A DNA stretch of 64,000 nt from Octopus sinensis. Lineage: Eukaryota. The stretch is taken from contig NC_042999.1 in NCBI RefSeq assembly GCF_006345805.1, positions 70,618,001 through 70,682,000 of the forward strand. Direction: 5' to 3'. A program made the position numbers and the translations under genes. Under the pieces are notes generated by a model. The model saw only the letters and a program-made list of their open reading frames with translations, was not told the DNA's origin and did no database searches. This document shows, piece by piece, positions 15,417-31,500 of the stretch (its first letter is position 1; every line of letters starts with the position of its first letter).

Positions 15417-18134
15417 GTATATATATGTATGTTATATATATATGTATGTATGTATATGTATATATGTATGTATATATATATGTATGTTATTAATATGTAT
15501 GTTATATATATATGTATGTATATATATATGTATGTATATATATATATGTATGTATATATATATATGTATGTATATATATATATGTATGTATATATATATA
15601 TGTATGTGTTATATGTGTTATATTATATGTATGTGTATATATATATATATGTATATGTATGTGTATATATATATGTATATGTATGTTGTATATATATGTA
15701 TATGTATGTGTATATATATATTATATGTATGTGTATATATTATGTATATGTATGTATATATATATGTATGTGTATATATATATGTATGTGTATATATATA
15801 TGTAATTGTATGTAATATATATGTATATATATATATGTATATGTATGTATATATATATGTATTATATATATTATATGTATGTATATATATATGTATATAT
15901 ATATATGTATAGTATGTATATAATATATGTATATGTATGTATATATATATATGTATATGTATGTATAGTATATAGTATATATTGTTATGTATGTATATAT
16001 ATATGTATATGTATGTAATATATATATTATGTATGTATATATATATATGTATATGTATGTATATATATATATGTATATGTATGTATATATATATATGTAT
16101 ATGTATGTATATTATATATGTATATGTATGTATATATATATATGTATATGTATGTATATATATATATGTATATGTATGTATATGTATGTATATATATATA
16201 TGTATATGTATGTATATATATGTATATGTATGTATATATATATGTATATGTATGTATATATATATGTATATGTATGTATATATATATGTATATGTATGTA
16301 TATATATATGTATATGTATGTATATATATATGTATATGTATGTATATATATATGTATATATATATGTATATATATATGTATATGTATGTATATATATATG
16401 TATATATATATATATGTATATATATATGTATATGTATGTATATATATATATGTATATGTATGTATATATATATATGTATATGTATGTATATATATATATG
16501 TATATGTATGTATATATATATGTGTATATGTATGTATATGTATATGTATGTATATATATATGTGTATATGTATGTATATGTATATGTATGTATATATATA
16601 TGTATATGTATATATATATAATATATAGGTATTATGTATATGATTGATTGATTGATTGATTGATTGATTCTAGTTTCAGCTTATGAGCTGTGGCCATGCT
16701 GGGGCACCGCCATTTGGTGTTGCTACTTGGTTTCACTTCATGGAGGCTTTCTAGCAACTGCTATTTGGTGCATGAGAGAGTTCGATGCAGCTGCCTCATC
16801 TGCCCCTCCTGCCGTGAAGTTGGTTCATCTGGGACAACCTGACAGGAAGAGATCCAGCTTCATTTTAAAGACATCTGTATCCACCCCATGCAGGTCTCTC
16901 AGGTTCTTCGGGAGGATATTGAAGAGCTGTGGGCCTCGGAAGCCCAGGCTATCACAGAATCTTGTCCTACATCTTGATGGCAGGTTTGGAGTCCTAGGCA
17001 CCACGCAGTGGCGCCCAGTTCTGGCATTTGCGTAACTCTCGATGCCAAAGTTCAGGACACTTCCCTCCGGATCTTCCAGATGTATATTATGGCATATCTT
17101 TCCTGCCTACGCTCCAGGGAATATAATTTTAATCTCTTGAGTCTTTCCCAGTAGCTTACATTCTGCATAGAGGCTATCTTCTTTGTGTAGCTTCGTTGGA
17201 TCGCCTCAAGTTCTGTGATCAACTTGACACTGGATGGTGACCATAGCTGAGAGCAATAGTCAAAGTGGCTTAGGACAAGTGTCCTCCAGAGGACCATCAT
17301 GGTTTCTTGTTCTCTGTTCTAAAGGTTCTAAGAATCCATCCAGCCAGCCGTCTACATTTCATTGTCAGTTTAGCAACATGTACATGAAAGGTCGCGTCAT
17401 CACTCATGTGAATACCCAGGTCACGCACTGATTGTGCCTCTGGGATTGCAATCCCTCCGGTCCAGTGTATTCATTGGGTATTGCATTCAGTTTTGCATGC
17501 TGATAGTATAAAGCTTGAAACTTTCCAGCATTGAACTGCATGCTATTCTTTTCAGCCCACTTGTAATATTTCGTCCAGCTCACATTGCAGGTGTTTAGTG
17601 TCCTCAGGGTTCTGTATTGCCTGTGAAACTTTTGTATCATCTGCATAACTTGTGATCGTGGCTCTCTGCGTGGTTGAGGGCATGTCTGAGAGGGCCATTA
17701 TGAACAGTAGTGGTCCCAGAACAGTGCCCTGCGGAACACCGCTCACTATTTGTGTGTTAATGGAGGTGGCCCCATTGGCTACTACCACCTGACTTCTATC
17801 CTTCAGAAAGTCATGAAGCCATTCTCCCAGCTTTCCAACTATATATATATGTATATATATATATATGTATATGTATATATATGTATATGTAATATATATA
17901 TATATATATTGTATATATATATATGTATATGTATATAATATGTATATATATATATGTATATATATATATATGTATATATATGTATATATATATATATGTA
18001 TAATATATGTATAATATATATATGTATATATATGTATATGTATATATATGTATATATATATGTATGTTATATATATGTATATATATGTATATTATGTATA
18101 TTTTATATGTATATATATAATATGTATATATATG

Positions 18135-18165
<31 letters not shown>

Positions 18166-18394
18166 ATGTATATATTTATATGTATATATATGTATAGTAT
18201 ATATATGTATATGTATGTATATATATTATTATATATATGTATATGTATATATATGTATATGTATATATATGTATATGTTGTATATAATGTATATGTATGT
18301 ATATATATATGTATATGTATGTATATATATGTATATATATATATGTTTATGTATGTATATATGTATATGTATGTATATATATATGTATATCTAT

Positions 18395-18428
<34 letters not shown>

Positions 18429-18689
18429 GTATGTATATATATATGTATGTATATATATATATGTATGTATATATATATATGTATATGTATATATATATGT
18501 ATATGTATATATATATGTATATGTATATATATATGTATATATATATGTGTATGTATATATATATATGTGTATGTATATATATATATGTGTATGTATATGT
18601 ATATATATGTATATATATATGTGTATGTATATTATATATGTGTATGTATATGTATATATGTATTATATATATATATGTATATATATGTT

Positions 18690-18723
<34 letters not shown>

Positions 18724-18846
18724 GTGTATGTTATATATATATATGTGTTGTTATATATATATAATATATATATATGTTGTATGTATATAATTATATTATG
18801 TATATATATATATGTATGTATATATATATATGTATGTATATATATG

Positions 18847-18883
<37 letters not shown>

Positions 18884-19092
18884 ATGTATATATATATATG
18901 TATATAATATATATTGTATATATATATATATATTAATGTATATATATATATGTATAAGATATATGTATATATATATATTATGTATATGTATATATATGTA
19001 TATGTATATATATATATATGTATAATATATATATATATATGTATTATATATATGTATATATATATATATGTATATTATAGATATGTAATATG

Positions 19093-19123
<31 letters not shown>

Positions 19124-19283
19124 GTATAATATATATATGTATATGTATATATATATTATGTATATGTTATATATATGTATGTATATATTATATATGTATA
19201 TATATATATATGTATATGTATATATATATATATGTATGTATATATATATGTATGTATATATATATTATGTATAATATGTAATG

Positions 19284-19323
<40 letters not shown>

Positions 19324-19570
19324 TGTATGTATATATATATGTATGTATGTATGTATATATATATGTAGTATATATATGTATGTATGTATATATATATGTA
19401 TGTATGTATATATATATGTATGTATGTATATATTATGTATGTATATATATATGTTAGTATGTATATAATATGTATGTATGTATATATATATGTATGTATA
19501 TATATTGTATGTATATATATATGTATGTATATATTATGTATGTATATATATATGTATGTATATATATATG

Positions 19571-19602
<32 letters not shown>

Positions 19603-19748
19603 TGTATATGTATGTATATATATATGTATGTAATATATATTATATATATATATATTAATGGTATGTATATATATATGTATGTATATATATATGTATGTAT
19701 GTATTATTGTATGTATATATATGTATATGTATGTATATATATATATTG

Positions 19749-19802
<54 letters not shown>

Positions 19803-19884
19803 GATGTATATATATATGTGTATGTATATATATATGTGTATGTATATATATATATATATAATATATTATATATATATGTGTGTA

Positions 19885-19938
<54 letters not shown>

Positions 19939-20077
19939 ATGTATATATATATGTGTATGTATATATATATATATATATAATATATATTGTGTGTATGTAT
20001 ATATATATATATATGTGTGTATGTATATATATATATATATGTGTGTATGTATATATATATATATATATATGTGTATG

Positions 20078-20120
<43 letters not shown>

Positions 20121-20193
20121 TGTATGTATATTATATATATATATATATGTGTATGTATATATATATATATATATCTATATATATATATATGTG

Positions 20194-20238
<45 letters not shown>

Positions 20239-20309
20239 ATGTATATATATATATATATATATATGTGTAGTTATATATATATTATATATAATATATATAT
20301 GTGTATGTA

Positions 20310-20341
<32 letters not shown>

Positions 20342-20505
20342 GTGTATGTATAATATATATATATATATATATATAATATATGTGTATGTATATATATATA
20401 TATATATATATATAATTATATATGTGTATGTATATATATTAATATTATATATATATATATGTGTGTATATATATATATATACTATAATATATATATATAT
20501 ATGTG

Positions 20506-20556
<51 letters not shown>

Positions 20557-20611
20557 TGTATATATATATAATATATATATATATATATAATATAATGTGT
20601 ATGTATATATA

Positions 20612-20659
<48 letters not shown>

Positions 20660-23588
20660 ATATATATGTGTATGTATATATATATATATATATATGTATG
20701 TACTTTGATACTTTGATCTTTGATAGGTTTCGGCCATTATTGGCCCAGGCCATGTCTAACTAATAGCACCACCTGTGAAGTCTTTCAAGTCAGAATTTGG
20801 GCACTATGGCCCACTCAAGTAGAGAGTTATATGTTTACAGAGACATATCCGGTGTAGGGGGTTTATCTGGGATTTCTTGAAGGAATCTGTCCAAAGACTT
20901 CTTGAACCCTATAGGTCACTTTCTGTTTTAATGTGTTTTGGTGTAATGTTAAAGAGAGCAGGCCAATTGAGGTGAAATAATTGTGCCGTATTGTTGTTAT
21001 GAGATGAGAGTGCGATTTTTGTTTTGGGCGGATGGCACGGGGCCAAGCCTTGGATGTACCTTAAAGGTGATGCCAACATCATTTGGGCAATGCTGATGGA
21101 ATATTTTCCACATCATTTCAGATGATGTTACGCTCACGACGACGTTGGAGAGAATAGAGTTTAGCTTTTCTAGTCGACCCCAATAGTCGAGGCCTGTCAT
21201 GCCATCTATCTTTTTTGTGATTGCCCTTTGAGGTGCTTCGACTTTTATGATACCTTGTATTGTGTGGGGAGACCACAGTGGACAACATATTCAAGGTGGG
21301 GTCGGGCAAAAGTGGAGAAGAGAAGGATAATGGTGTGGATATCTCTCGACTGGAAAGTTCTGAGAATCCAGGAACACATTCTGCGGGCCATGTCAACTTT
21401 GGTGTTTATATGATGGCCCAGCTTACGTTGTTGTCCACAATTACTCCCAATCTCTGATGTTGTTGGACGCCGCGAGAGTTTCATCACTGAAGGAAGGGAG
21501 TATGGGAGTTTAGGGCATCCTCTTTTCCAAAGTGGATGCTCAAATTTATCCTCGTTCAGCAGCATATTGTTTTTTTCTGCCCATTGGATAACAGCCAGTA
21601 GATCTGACTGAAGGCATGTCCGGTCACTCGCCTCATTTATGACCTTCTGTAGCTTGGAGTCATCTGCAAAGATTTTTATGTTGCTGTGCTTGATGATGTC
21701 ATTAATGTCATTAATGTAAATGATGAAAAGAAGTGGCCCAGCACAGTGCCTTGCGGAACGCCACTACTGACTTTGGCTGGGCTTGATTTTACCCCCCCTT
21801 CAACTACAACATGTTGAGATCTGTCTGTCAGGAAACACTTAATCCATTTCAGTAACTTCCAGAGACACCAATGTTGGATAGTTTTTTCAATAGGATCTTG
21901 TGATCCACCCTGTCGAAGGCCTTACTGAAATCAAGGTAGATGACATCGGTGTTGGAGCCCTCTCCCAAGCTCTCAAAATGTCCTCAAAGTGATGCAGGAG
22001 CTGCTGCGTTAGGCAGTCCCTTCCATTACGGAACCCATGTTGGTTGGAGATCAGCCGTCTGTTGCTTTCCAAAATTGGGTTATTGAGATCTCACCACCCT
22101 CTCAAATACCTTGATGATATGAGAGGTGAGTGAGATCGGACGGTAATTCACTGCAAGGGACTTGTTTCCCTTTTTGAAAACTGGGACAACAGACTGGGAC
22201 AGAAGGTTTTTTGAATATAGCCAGCATCCAGTGAGTTTTCCTCCACAGATTAGCAAGGGGAGATGCAAGTTGGTGTCGACACACCTTCAGGACACAAGCA
22301 GGGAACCTATCGGGGCCTACTGCTGAATTGTGTTTCATTTCGTTTATCGCCGCTAAGACATCAGGGGCACTAAACGTTATGTCCGACATAGTGTGTTGGG
22401 GTTGACATCACTGATACAGCCCAGATCGGCCATATCAGGATTGCTGAAAACAGAGCAGTATTGTTTCTGCAGTATCTCGGCCATGGATTTGGCATTATCT
22501 TGGAGAGTGCCAGTTTCGTCATTAGAGGGCTACAGTGGAGACAGTGACCCTGCGTTTCCTCGCAAATGAAAAGAACACTTTGGGTTGTGAGTTTGATTTT
22601 TTCAATGGCCCACTTCTCCTCAGCTGATCTTTGGTTATTGATGAGGGACTTCATGCATTGTTGGAGGTTATTTTTTTGGATTCAAGCAGTGCGATAGCCG
22701 TCGAATGTGTGTGTTTTGCTGTTGGCAGTACTTTAGTTTGTTAATTTTTTTGTTTGTTCTTTTTATTTTTCTGATAATGGTTTTTCTGTTTTTGGGGATT
22801 CTGCACTTTTGTTCACAGGTCTTGGTGGGGAGTGTTTGCACATATGTCTGTGACGGTGTCTACAAAGATCTGCCAAGATGTTTTATAGTTGGTGGAGATG
22901 TGTGTATGTGTAAAGGACCAGTCAACATTTGATAGCTCGTTCCTGATTGCATCCCAGTTGGCTTTATGGAGATCCATGTTGTCAAATGGGTGGGCTGGAG
23001 GAATGTCACTAGGATTAGCTTTCGGCTGGTGGAATTTCATGTTACAGAGAACCATGTCATGGTCTGAAAGAAGGGTTTTTTCCACTGTAACGTTATGTAT
23101 AGTGTTAGTGTGGTTACTAAACACTAGGTCCAAAATGTTCTGATGTCTTGTTGGTGCAAGGACAAGTTGGGACAAGAAAAACTCATTCGTAAAGTCGAAA
23201 AGTGACTCTGCTGCTCTTCTTTGTCAGCGGTTGAGGCAGAGTGCTTGGTTTCAAACTTTTGTAGTCCAGTCAACACAGGGTAGATTGAAGTCTCCCATCA
23301 TGAGTATGTTGCTAGAATGGCACTGTTGAATAAGCACTTAATGCTGTTGAGGCATTCTTTAAAGCACAGTATGGGTGTTTGGGGCGGCCTATAGAGCCCA
23401 ATCACTGTCAGATCATTGGCTTTGTTGTGCACGGTGACTGATTCACAGTAGCCGTTGGAGAATATACTATTTCCATCTGCCGTAAATGAATCATGCAGGA
23501 AAATGGCAGTTCCACCCACCCTTCCTCCTGCCGATACGATCCGCGCGGATGGTTGTGAAATTCTTCACTCCTCTCTCTATATATGTGT

Positions 23589-23622
<34 letters not shown>

Positions 23623-23886
23623 ATGTATATATATATATTATATTATGTATGTATATATATGTATATGTATATATATATATTAATATATATATTATATTAT
23701 GTATGTATATATATGTATATGTATACTATATATATGTATATGTATATATATATATATGTATATGTATGTATATGTATATATATATTGTATATCTATATAT
23801 GTATATGTATATATATATTATGTATATGTATGTATATATATATATGTATATGTATATATATATATATGTATATATATCTATAATAT

Positions 23887-23918
<32 letters not shown>

Positions 23919-24190
23919 GTGTATGTATATATATATATGTGTATGTATATGTATATATATATATATATGTGTATGTATATATATATATATATATATGTGT
24001 ATGTATATATATATATATATATGTGTATGTATATATATATATGTGTATGTATATGTATATATATAGTATATATATATGTGTGTATGTATATATATAGTAT
24101 ATATATATATGTATATGTATATATATATATGTATTGTATATATAATTATATGTATATATATATGTATATGTATATATATATAAATGTATG

Positions 24191-24221
<31 letters not shown>

Positions 24222-25187
24222 GTTATGTATATTATATATATATAAATCCTTAAATCCTTAAAAATGTTTTAGCCCGAAGGCCGCGGCCATGCTGGGGCAC
24301 CACCGCGAATGAGCCACACTAGTTTGTGAATCCACCTCTGATACGTGGCACTTGATCAACAAGGGAGTTCGATGCTGCTGCCCGCATCCGCGTCTCCTGT
24401 CGTGAGGTAGGTCATCTGGGACTTCCAACAAGAAGAGATCCAGTTTAGTTTTAAAGAAACCCACATCCACACCATGTAAGTCTCTCAGGCATTTAGGGGA
24501 TGTTAAAAGCTGTGGTCCTCTGAAACCCAAGCTGTTGCAGTATCTGGACCTGTATTTTGATGGTGATGTTGGAATCCTTGGCACCACGCAGCGGCGCCCC
24601 GTTCTGCGGTTGGAGTAACTTTGAATGCCAAGTTTGGGATAAGACCCTCCAGGATTTTCCAGATGTATATTACTGCATATCTCTCCCGCCTCCGCTCCAG
24701 GAGAAGAGTTTTAATACCTTCAGTCTTTCCCAGTACTGACATTTTGCATTGGACGATTTTCTTTGTGTAGCTTCTCTGAGTTGCTTCGAGTTCTGCTGTT
24801 TGTTTTATATTGTGTGGTGACCAAAGTTGGGAGCAGTAGTCCAAGCGGCTGAGGACAAATGTTTTCCATAGGACCATCAGTGTCTCCTTCTCTCTTGTTC
24901 TGAAAGTTCGGAGAATCCATCCAGCTAGCCGTCTGCATTTTATCACCAGATTAGCAATATGCATTTGGAAAGATGCATCATTGCTCATGTCAATGCCCAG
25001 GTCACGCACTGATTTTGACTCAGGGATTATGTATATATATATGTATGTATATATATATATATGTATGTATATATATTGTATGTATATATATATATATATG
25101 TATGTATATTATATATATATGTATGTATATATATATATATATATGTATGTATATATATATGTATGTATATATTATATTATATATATG

Positions 25188-25226
<39 letters not shown>

Positions 25227-25928
25227 ATATATATGTATGTATATATATATATATATATATATAGATATGTATGTATATATATATGTATGTATATATATAT
25301 GTATATGTATATATATATGTATATGTATATATATATTATGTATATGTATATATATATATATGTATATGTATATATATATATGTATGTATATATATATATA
25401 TGTATATGTATATATATATATGTATGTATATATATATATAAATATGTATGTATATATATATGTATGTATATATATATATGTATGTATATATATAAATATG
25501 TATGTATATATGTATGTATGTATATATATAAATATGTATGTATATATGTATGTATATATATATATAAATATGTATGTATATATGTGTATGTATATATATA
25601 TATATATATATGTGTATGTATATAATATAATAATATGTATGTATATATGTGTATGTATAATATATATATGTATGTATATATATATATATGTATGTATATA
25701 TATATATAAATATGTATGTATATATGTGTATGTATATATATATATGTATGTATATATATATGTATGTGTATATATATATATGTATGTGTATATATATATA
25801 TGAATGTATATATATATGTGTGTGTATATATATGAATGTATATATATGTATGTATATATATATGTATGTATATATATATGTATGTATATATATATGTATG
25901 TATATATATATGTATGTATATATATATG

Positions 25929-25975
<47 letters not shown>

Positions 25976-26077
25976 GTATGTATGTATATGTATTATATAT
26001 ATATATGTATGTATATATATATATGTATGTATATATATATGTATGTATATATATATGTATGTATATATATATGTATG

Positions 26078-26117
<40 letters not shown>

Positions 26118-26983
26118 TAAATATGTATATATATGTATGTATATATATATATAAATATGTATATATATATATAAATATGTATATATATATATATGTATGT
26201 ATATATATAATTATGTATATATATATATGTATATGTATGTATATATATAAATATGTATATATATATGTATATATATATATATATAAATATGTATATATAT
26301 ATATATGTATATATAAATATGTATAATATATATATGTATATAATATGTATGTATATATATATATATGTATATATATATGTATGTATATATATATGTATGT
26401 ATATATATATGTATGTATATATATATATATGTATGTATATATATATATGTATGTATATATATATGTATGTATATATTATTGTGTATATATATATATATAT
26501 ATGTATGTTATATATATGTATGTATATATATTGTATGTATTATATATATATTATGTATATATATATATATGTATGTATATATATATATATGTATGTATAT
26601 ATATATATGTATGTATATATATATATAAATATGTATATATTATGTATGTAATATATATATATATGTATGTATATATATATAAATATGTATGTATATATAA
26701 ATATTATGTATATATTGTATGTATAATATATATATAAATTGTATGTATATATATGTATATATATATATAAATATGTATGTAATATATATATGTATATATA
26801 TATATGTATGTATATATATAGTTTATATATATATATGTATTATTATATATGTATATATGTATGTATATGTATGTATATATATATGTATGTATATATTGTA
26901 TATATATGTATGTATATATATATATGTATATATATATATGTATATATATATGTATGTATATGTATGTATGTATATATATGTAG

Positions 26984-27016
<33 letters not shown>

Positions 27017-27020
27017 GATG

Positions 27021-27051
<31 letters not shown>

Positions 27052-28526
27052 GTATATATGTAATATGTATGTATGTGTATATATGTATGTATTTGTGTGT
27101 AGGTATAGTATATGTGTATATATGTATGTATATATATGTATATATGTATATATATAATATATATAAATATATATATACATATGGATTCATAAGAATCAAG
27201 TCGTAGGACGTCATCATAATCCTCATCATCATCATTTAATGTCTGTTTTCCATGCTGCCATAGGCTTAATGATTTGACAAAAACTGATAAGCCAGAGGGT
27301 TGAATCAAATTCCAATGTCTGCTTTGGTATGGTTTCTACAGCTAGATGCCCTTCCTAACACCAGTCACTTTACAGAGTGTACTGGGGGCTTTTTACAGGG
27401 TACCAGCACTAGTGAGGTCACCAAGTGACTCACAAGACAAGCTCCCTCCTTCAACTGAAGGAAAGAGTAGTATTCAGGGAGGTGGCATTATACCAGGTGA
27501 TGAGGGACTAAAGTAAGTGAGAGGCACAGGAACAAGTGTATTGCTGTAGGGAGATATACAGTTAATTCAGTTGAAAAAGAAAAGAGATAATGGTGGTGAT
27601 GTGTCAGGGCACCTCCTCAAATTGCAGGAAGACAAAGTGGATTGGATGGGTAAGTAAGTATATGGGATTGTGATGGATAGGGATGATAAGTTTCAAGCAC
27701 TTCTTTATCGGTCCACAAAAAAGACTACAATCGGAATACATAGGACCAGAGTTAGAATCGGTGCATGACCTGGGAATACACATGAGTAGTGATGCAACAT
27801 TCCATGTGCATATTGCCAGGATGGCAACACTGTGAAGGTGAGTAGTTGGATGTATCCCTAGATCATTCAGAACCAGAAGTAAGGATACCTTGCTACTCTT
27901 ATGGAGGACATTTGTCCTCAGTCATCTGGATTACTGCTCCAAACTGTGTTTGCCACAGAGTGTCAAATTGGTGGCTGAACTTGTGGCAATCCAAAGACTG
28001 ACTCAGTGAAACAGATGAACTACTGAAAGAGGCTACAAGAACTGAAACTTTACTCCCTGGAGAGAAAGCGAGAAAGGTATGCAGTAATATACATATGGAA
28101 GATCCTGACAGATCCAGCTCCCAACTTTGGAATTAAAAGCTATAACAACCACTGAATTGGATGGCGCTGGATAATACCAAAGATACTGTCTTCTTCATCA
28201 CATATAAGGACCCAGTATTGCAACAGCTTAGGTTTCAGGGGAATGCAATAGTTTAACATCCTGCCAAGGAACCCAAGTGATCTGCAAGGTGTAGATGTGG
28301 AATGTTCAAAAAGCATCTTGACAAATTTCTATCTGAAATCCCAGATGCGCCCACATCAAAGCAGGAGGCATAAAGAAGAGCAGCTTTATACAACTCGCAT
28401 CTTCACCAAAAACAGTACCAAAAGGAGACTCAAAAACACTGAATGGTGGTGCTCCAGCATGGCTCCAACGTCTGGCTGAAAACTAGTAAAAGAAATGATG
28501 ATGATGATGATAATATATATATATAG

Positions 28527-28557
<31 letters not shown>

Positions 28558-31500
28558 AAAAAGTCTGTTTTGCTCTGGCCCTTTCTCTTATACTTTTACC
28601 CTTCGTGTCCAATCTCTTGGGATTCATAGTCTTACAAGCTGCATGACAAACTCGTTACTGTTGGTGGCACAAAAATGCACCCAGTACATGGTATAAAATG
28701 GTTGCATTAGGAAGGGCATCCAGCTGTAGAAACCATGCCTGTGTGACATTGCAACATGGTATGGTCCTTTCATTTCTTGGCTCCTGTTAAATCATCTAAC
28801 CTATGCCAGCATGGAACCTGGATACTGAATGGGACTGATGGTGTTATGTTAATATCTGTGAGTGTGTGTGTTTTATCATTGTTATCATCATCATCATTGT
28901 TTATAATGTCCATGTTTCATGGTGGTATGAGTTGTATCATTTGACATGAGCCAATGAGCCAGGAAACGTGACAAGTTCTACTCCTGCTTTTGCATGGTTT
29001 CTGCAACTTGGTGCCCTTCCTAACATAACTATTTCATAAAGTGTACTGTGTGCTTTTTACATCACTAGTAAAGTCACCTAATAACTTGTAAGACGAAGCA
29101 CTACTACTGAGTGGCTATGAAGTATTGAGGGAAGTGGCTTTGTGCTAGGTGATGAGATGTTAACATTTGGTAGAGGGACAGGAACAGGTGTATTGCTGTA
29201 GAGATGTTACATGACTACCCAGTTGGAAAGAGATATGGTGGTGATGAGATGCTAGGGAATATCCCTATGTTACCGGAAAATGAATATAAGAGAGGTGGAA
29301 GAGAGGAGCAGACAAGGTGAGTGGATAGGTAAGTTTGTGAGAATGTGAAAGGTGAGATGGGGATGAAGGTGAATGCAGTGAATGATGCTCATGGATGAAC
29401 ACAAGGTCTGTGGTGAATATCAGTTTGGTGGATGAGGTGGAGGAAATAGGAGTGGGTGAAGGAGGTAATAGGTGGTAGCACAGCCAGTGTGAAGTATGTG
29501 TGTGTGGAGGTGAGGTAAGTTGTATAATGCCAGGGACAATGTAAAGGTAAATTGTGGAAATAGTAAGTGATGGACAGAAGTGGTGGGGGGCTGGCATTGG
29601 TAGAGTGAGTTGATGTACAGGTGAAAAAGGGAAGAGAAAAGCACATTCAGAGGAAAATAAGGGGATAATGGATGATATTGAGGATGCTGGTGACAAAGAA
29701 AATGATAACAGGTAGTATAAAGGTGGGGATGAAATATATGCAGTTCTGCTCTCTTTTTATTACAGCAGCTGAATGAATAGTAATTGAAAGAGTGATCAAG
29801 GGGTAGGTTTTAGAAAGATGAATTGCTGGGGAGAGACTCATCAAGGAAGTTAGTTGTAGGGAGTATAAATATAGATATTGTGCTTTAAAGGCCTCATATT
29901 TATTGCGATAATGAATCTTCTTAGGTACAACAAATTGCCAATCATCTTGGTCCTTTGTCTTCTCCTCCATGAAGCTTAACATTCTGAGTTTGGTTTTTCA
30001 CTACTTAATTCCATGTCTTCCTGGTCTTTCTCTCCCTAGGTTTCATTGCTAATCATGTTACCTAGGTAACAGAGACTATCTGTATCAGGTGTCAAAATCT
30101 CACATTCTTTACGCTCAAAAACTATAGTAACCTAACAAAATAATGCTAGCTAAACTATATACACTCAGTTCGCTTCAGACCATGTCAGTGGATGGACCTT
30201 GAATAAAGTTGCTTAGACTAATAACCAGTTGAAAGTAACTGGATACAAGTACAATTGCTAGATGTCTTATTCACAGAAATGTGCATCAGACACATTTAAA
30301 TCAAATATGCTGTATAAATGATTAGAAATATAAAAAAATGTGCTGTTGTACTAATCTCCATATTCATTGTAATTATCTTGGATATACACTTGGTAAAATA
30401 TTTACAATCCAGTTAAGTGAACTCAAGATTTTCCCACCGGATGAAATATATTGGGATTGTTTATCATAGGTAATCCTAGGTGCTCCTTACAATGCAATGC
30501 AGTTAACCATAACTTAGATTATAACCAAGTACTTGCATGGTACTTGCCTGGATAATTTATTCCTCTGTGTGAATGTGGGTGTGTGGGTGTGTAGCAAATT
30601 CTCAGAGTTAAGCAAGTATCTTCCATTATATCCCTAATGTTATGGATAAAAATCTACTGGCATTCAGATATCTCACTTTGAGTTCTTTATTCTTAATGAC
30701 CTGACCATTTTTCTATGAACTAGCCAACCCCAGGTATTTGTGTGTGTGTGTAAAATATCATGTTGAAGAGAAGTGTGATGTCAGTTATATTTAGCAAGAG
30801 AAGAGACAGAAAAAGAAGTTTCCACATGTTCACCAACATCAGGATTAGAGGTAATGCTACTCACCATTTCTAAACATGTACTAGAAAGAGTGAATAATCA
30901 TTAGGGCAAATTGTATATGGAATGATAACAGTGCATTTGCTCTCACTGATACTGAAAAGAAAGGGGCATAGAATTGCTACTGTGAGATGCTGTTCAATGC
31001 TGGAGAATGCATAGGAGAGAGTCTAATCCAAGAAAACCCAACAGAAGTACCAGCTATTAAAGTTGATGACAGTATAAGAGCTGAAGTGGTTAAAGATATA
31101 AAGGCAAAGAAAGCAGCTGATCCATTGGTGACAGCTGCTGAAATGTTTAAAATAGCTGGTGAAGTAGGGTATAGGCTAGTCACTTGAATAGTTTATTACG
31201 TAATATAGGAAAGTGTTGTACCCAAAGACTGGCAAAGCAACAACAATATTAAACCATTACAGAGACAAAGGTGATGCACTAAAGAAAGCAGACTACAGAG
31301 GCATCAAAATTTGGATCAAGTTATGAAAGTTATAGTAAGAGTTATTCTAAAATTTATTAGCAAGATTTACCTGAATGAGATAGTTTAGTTTTGTACTAGT
31401 AAAAGGTACAACTGATTCCATCTTCCCAGTGAAACAACTGAAAAAGTACCTAGCTAGGAGCATGCTTTTGTACTCAGCATTTGTTGACCTAGAGAAGGCC

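Noticed and set aside
14890-27308. Dozens of long Y/I/M/C/V-rich ORFs
   Set aside because: Translations of (TA)n/TATG microsatellite, which lacks stop codons; not genes
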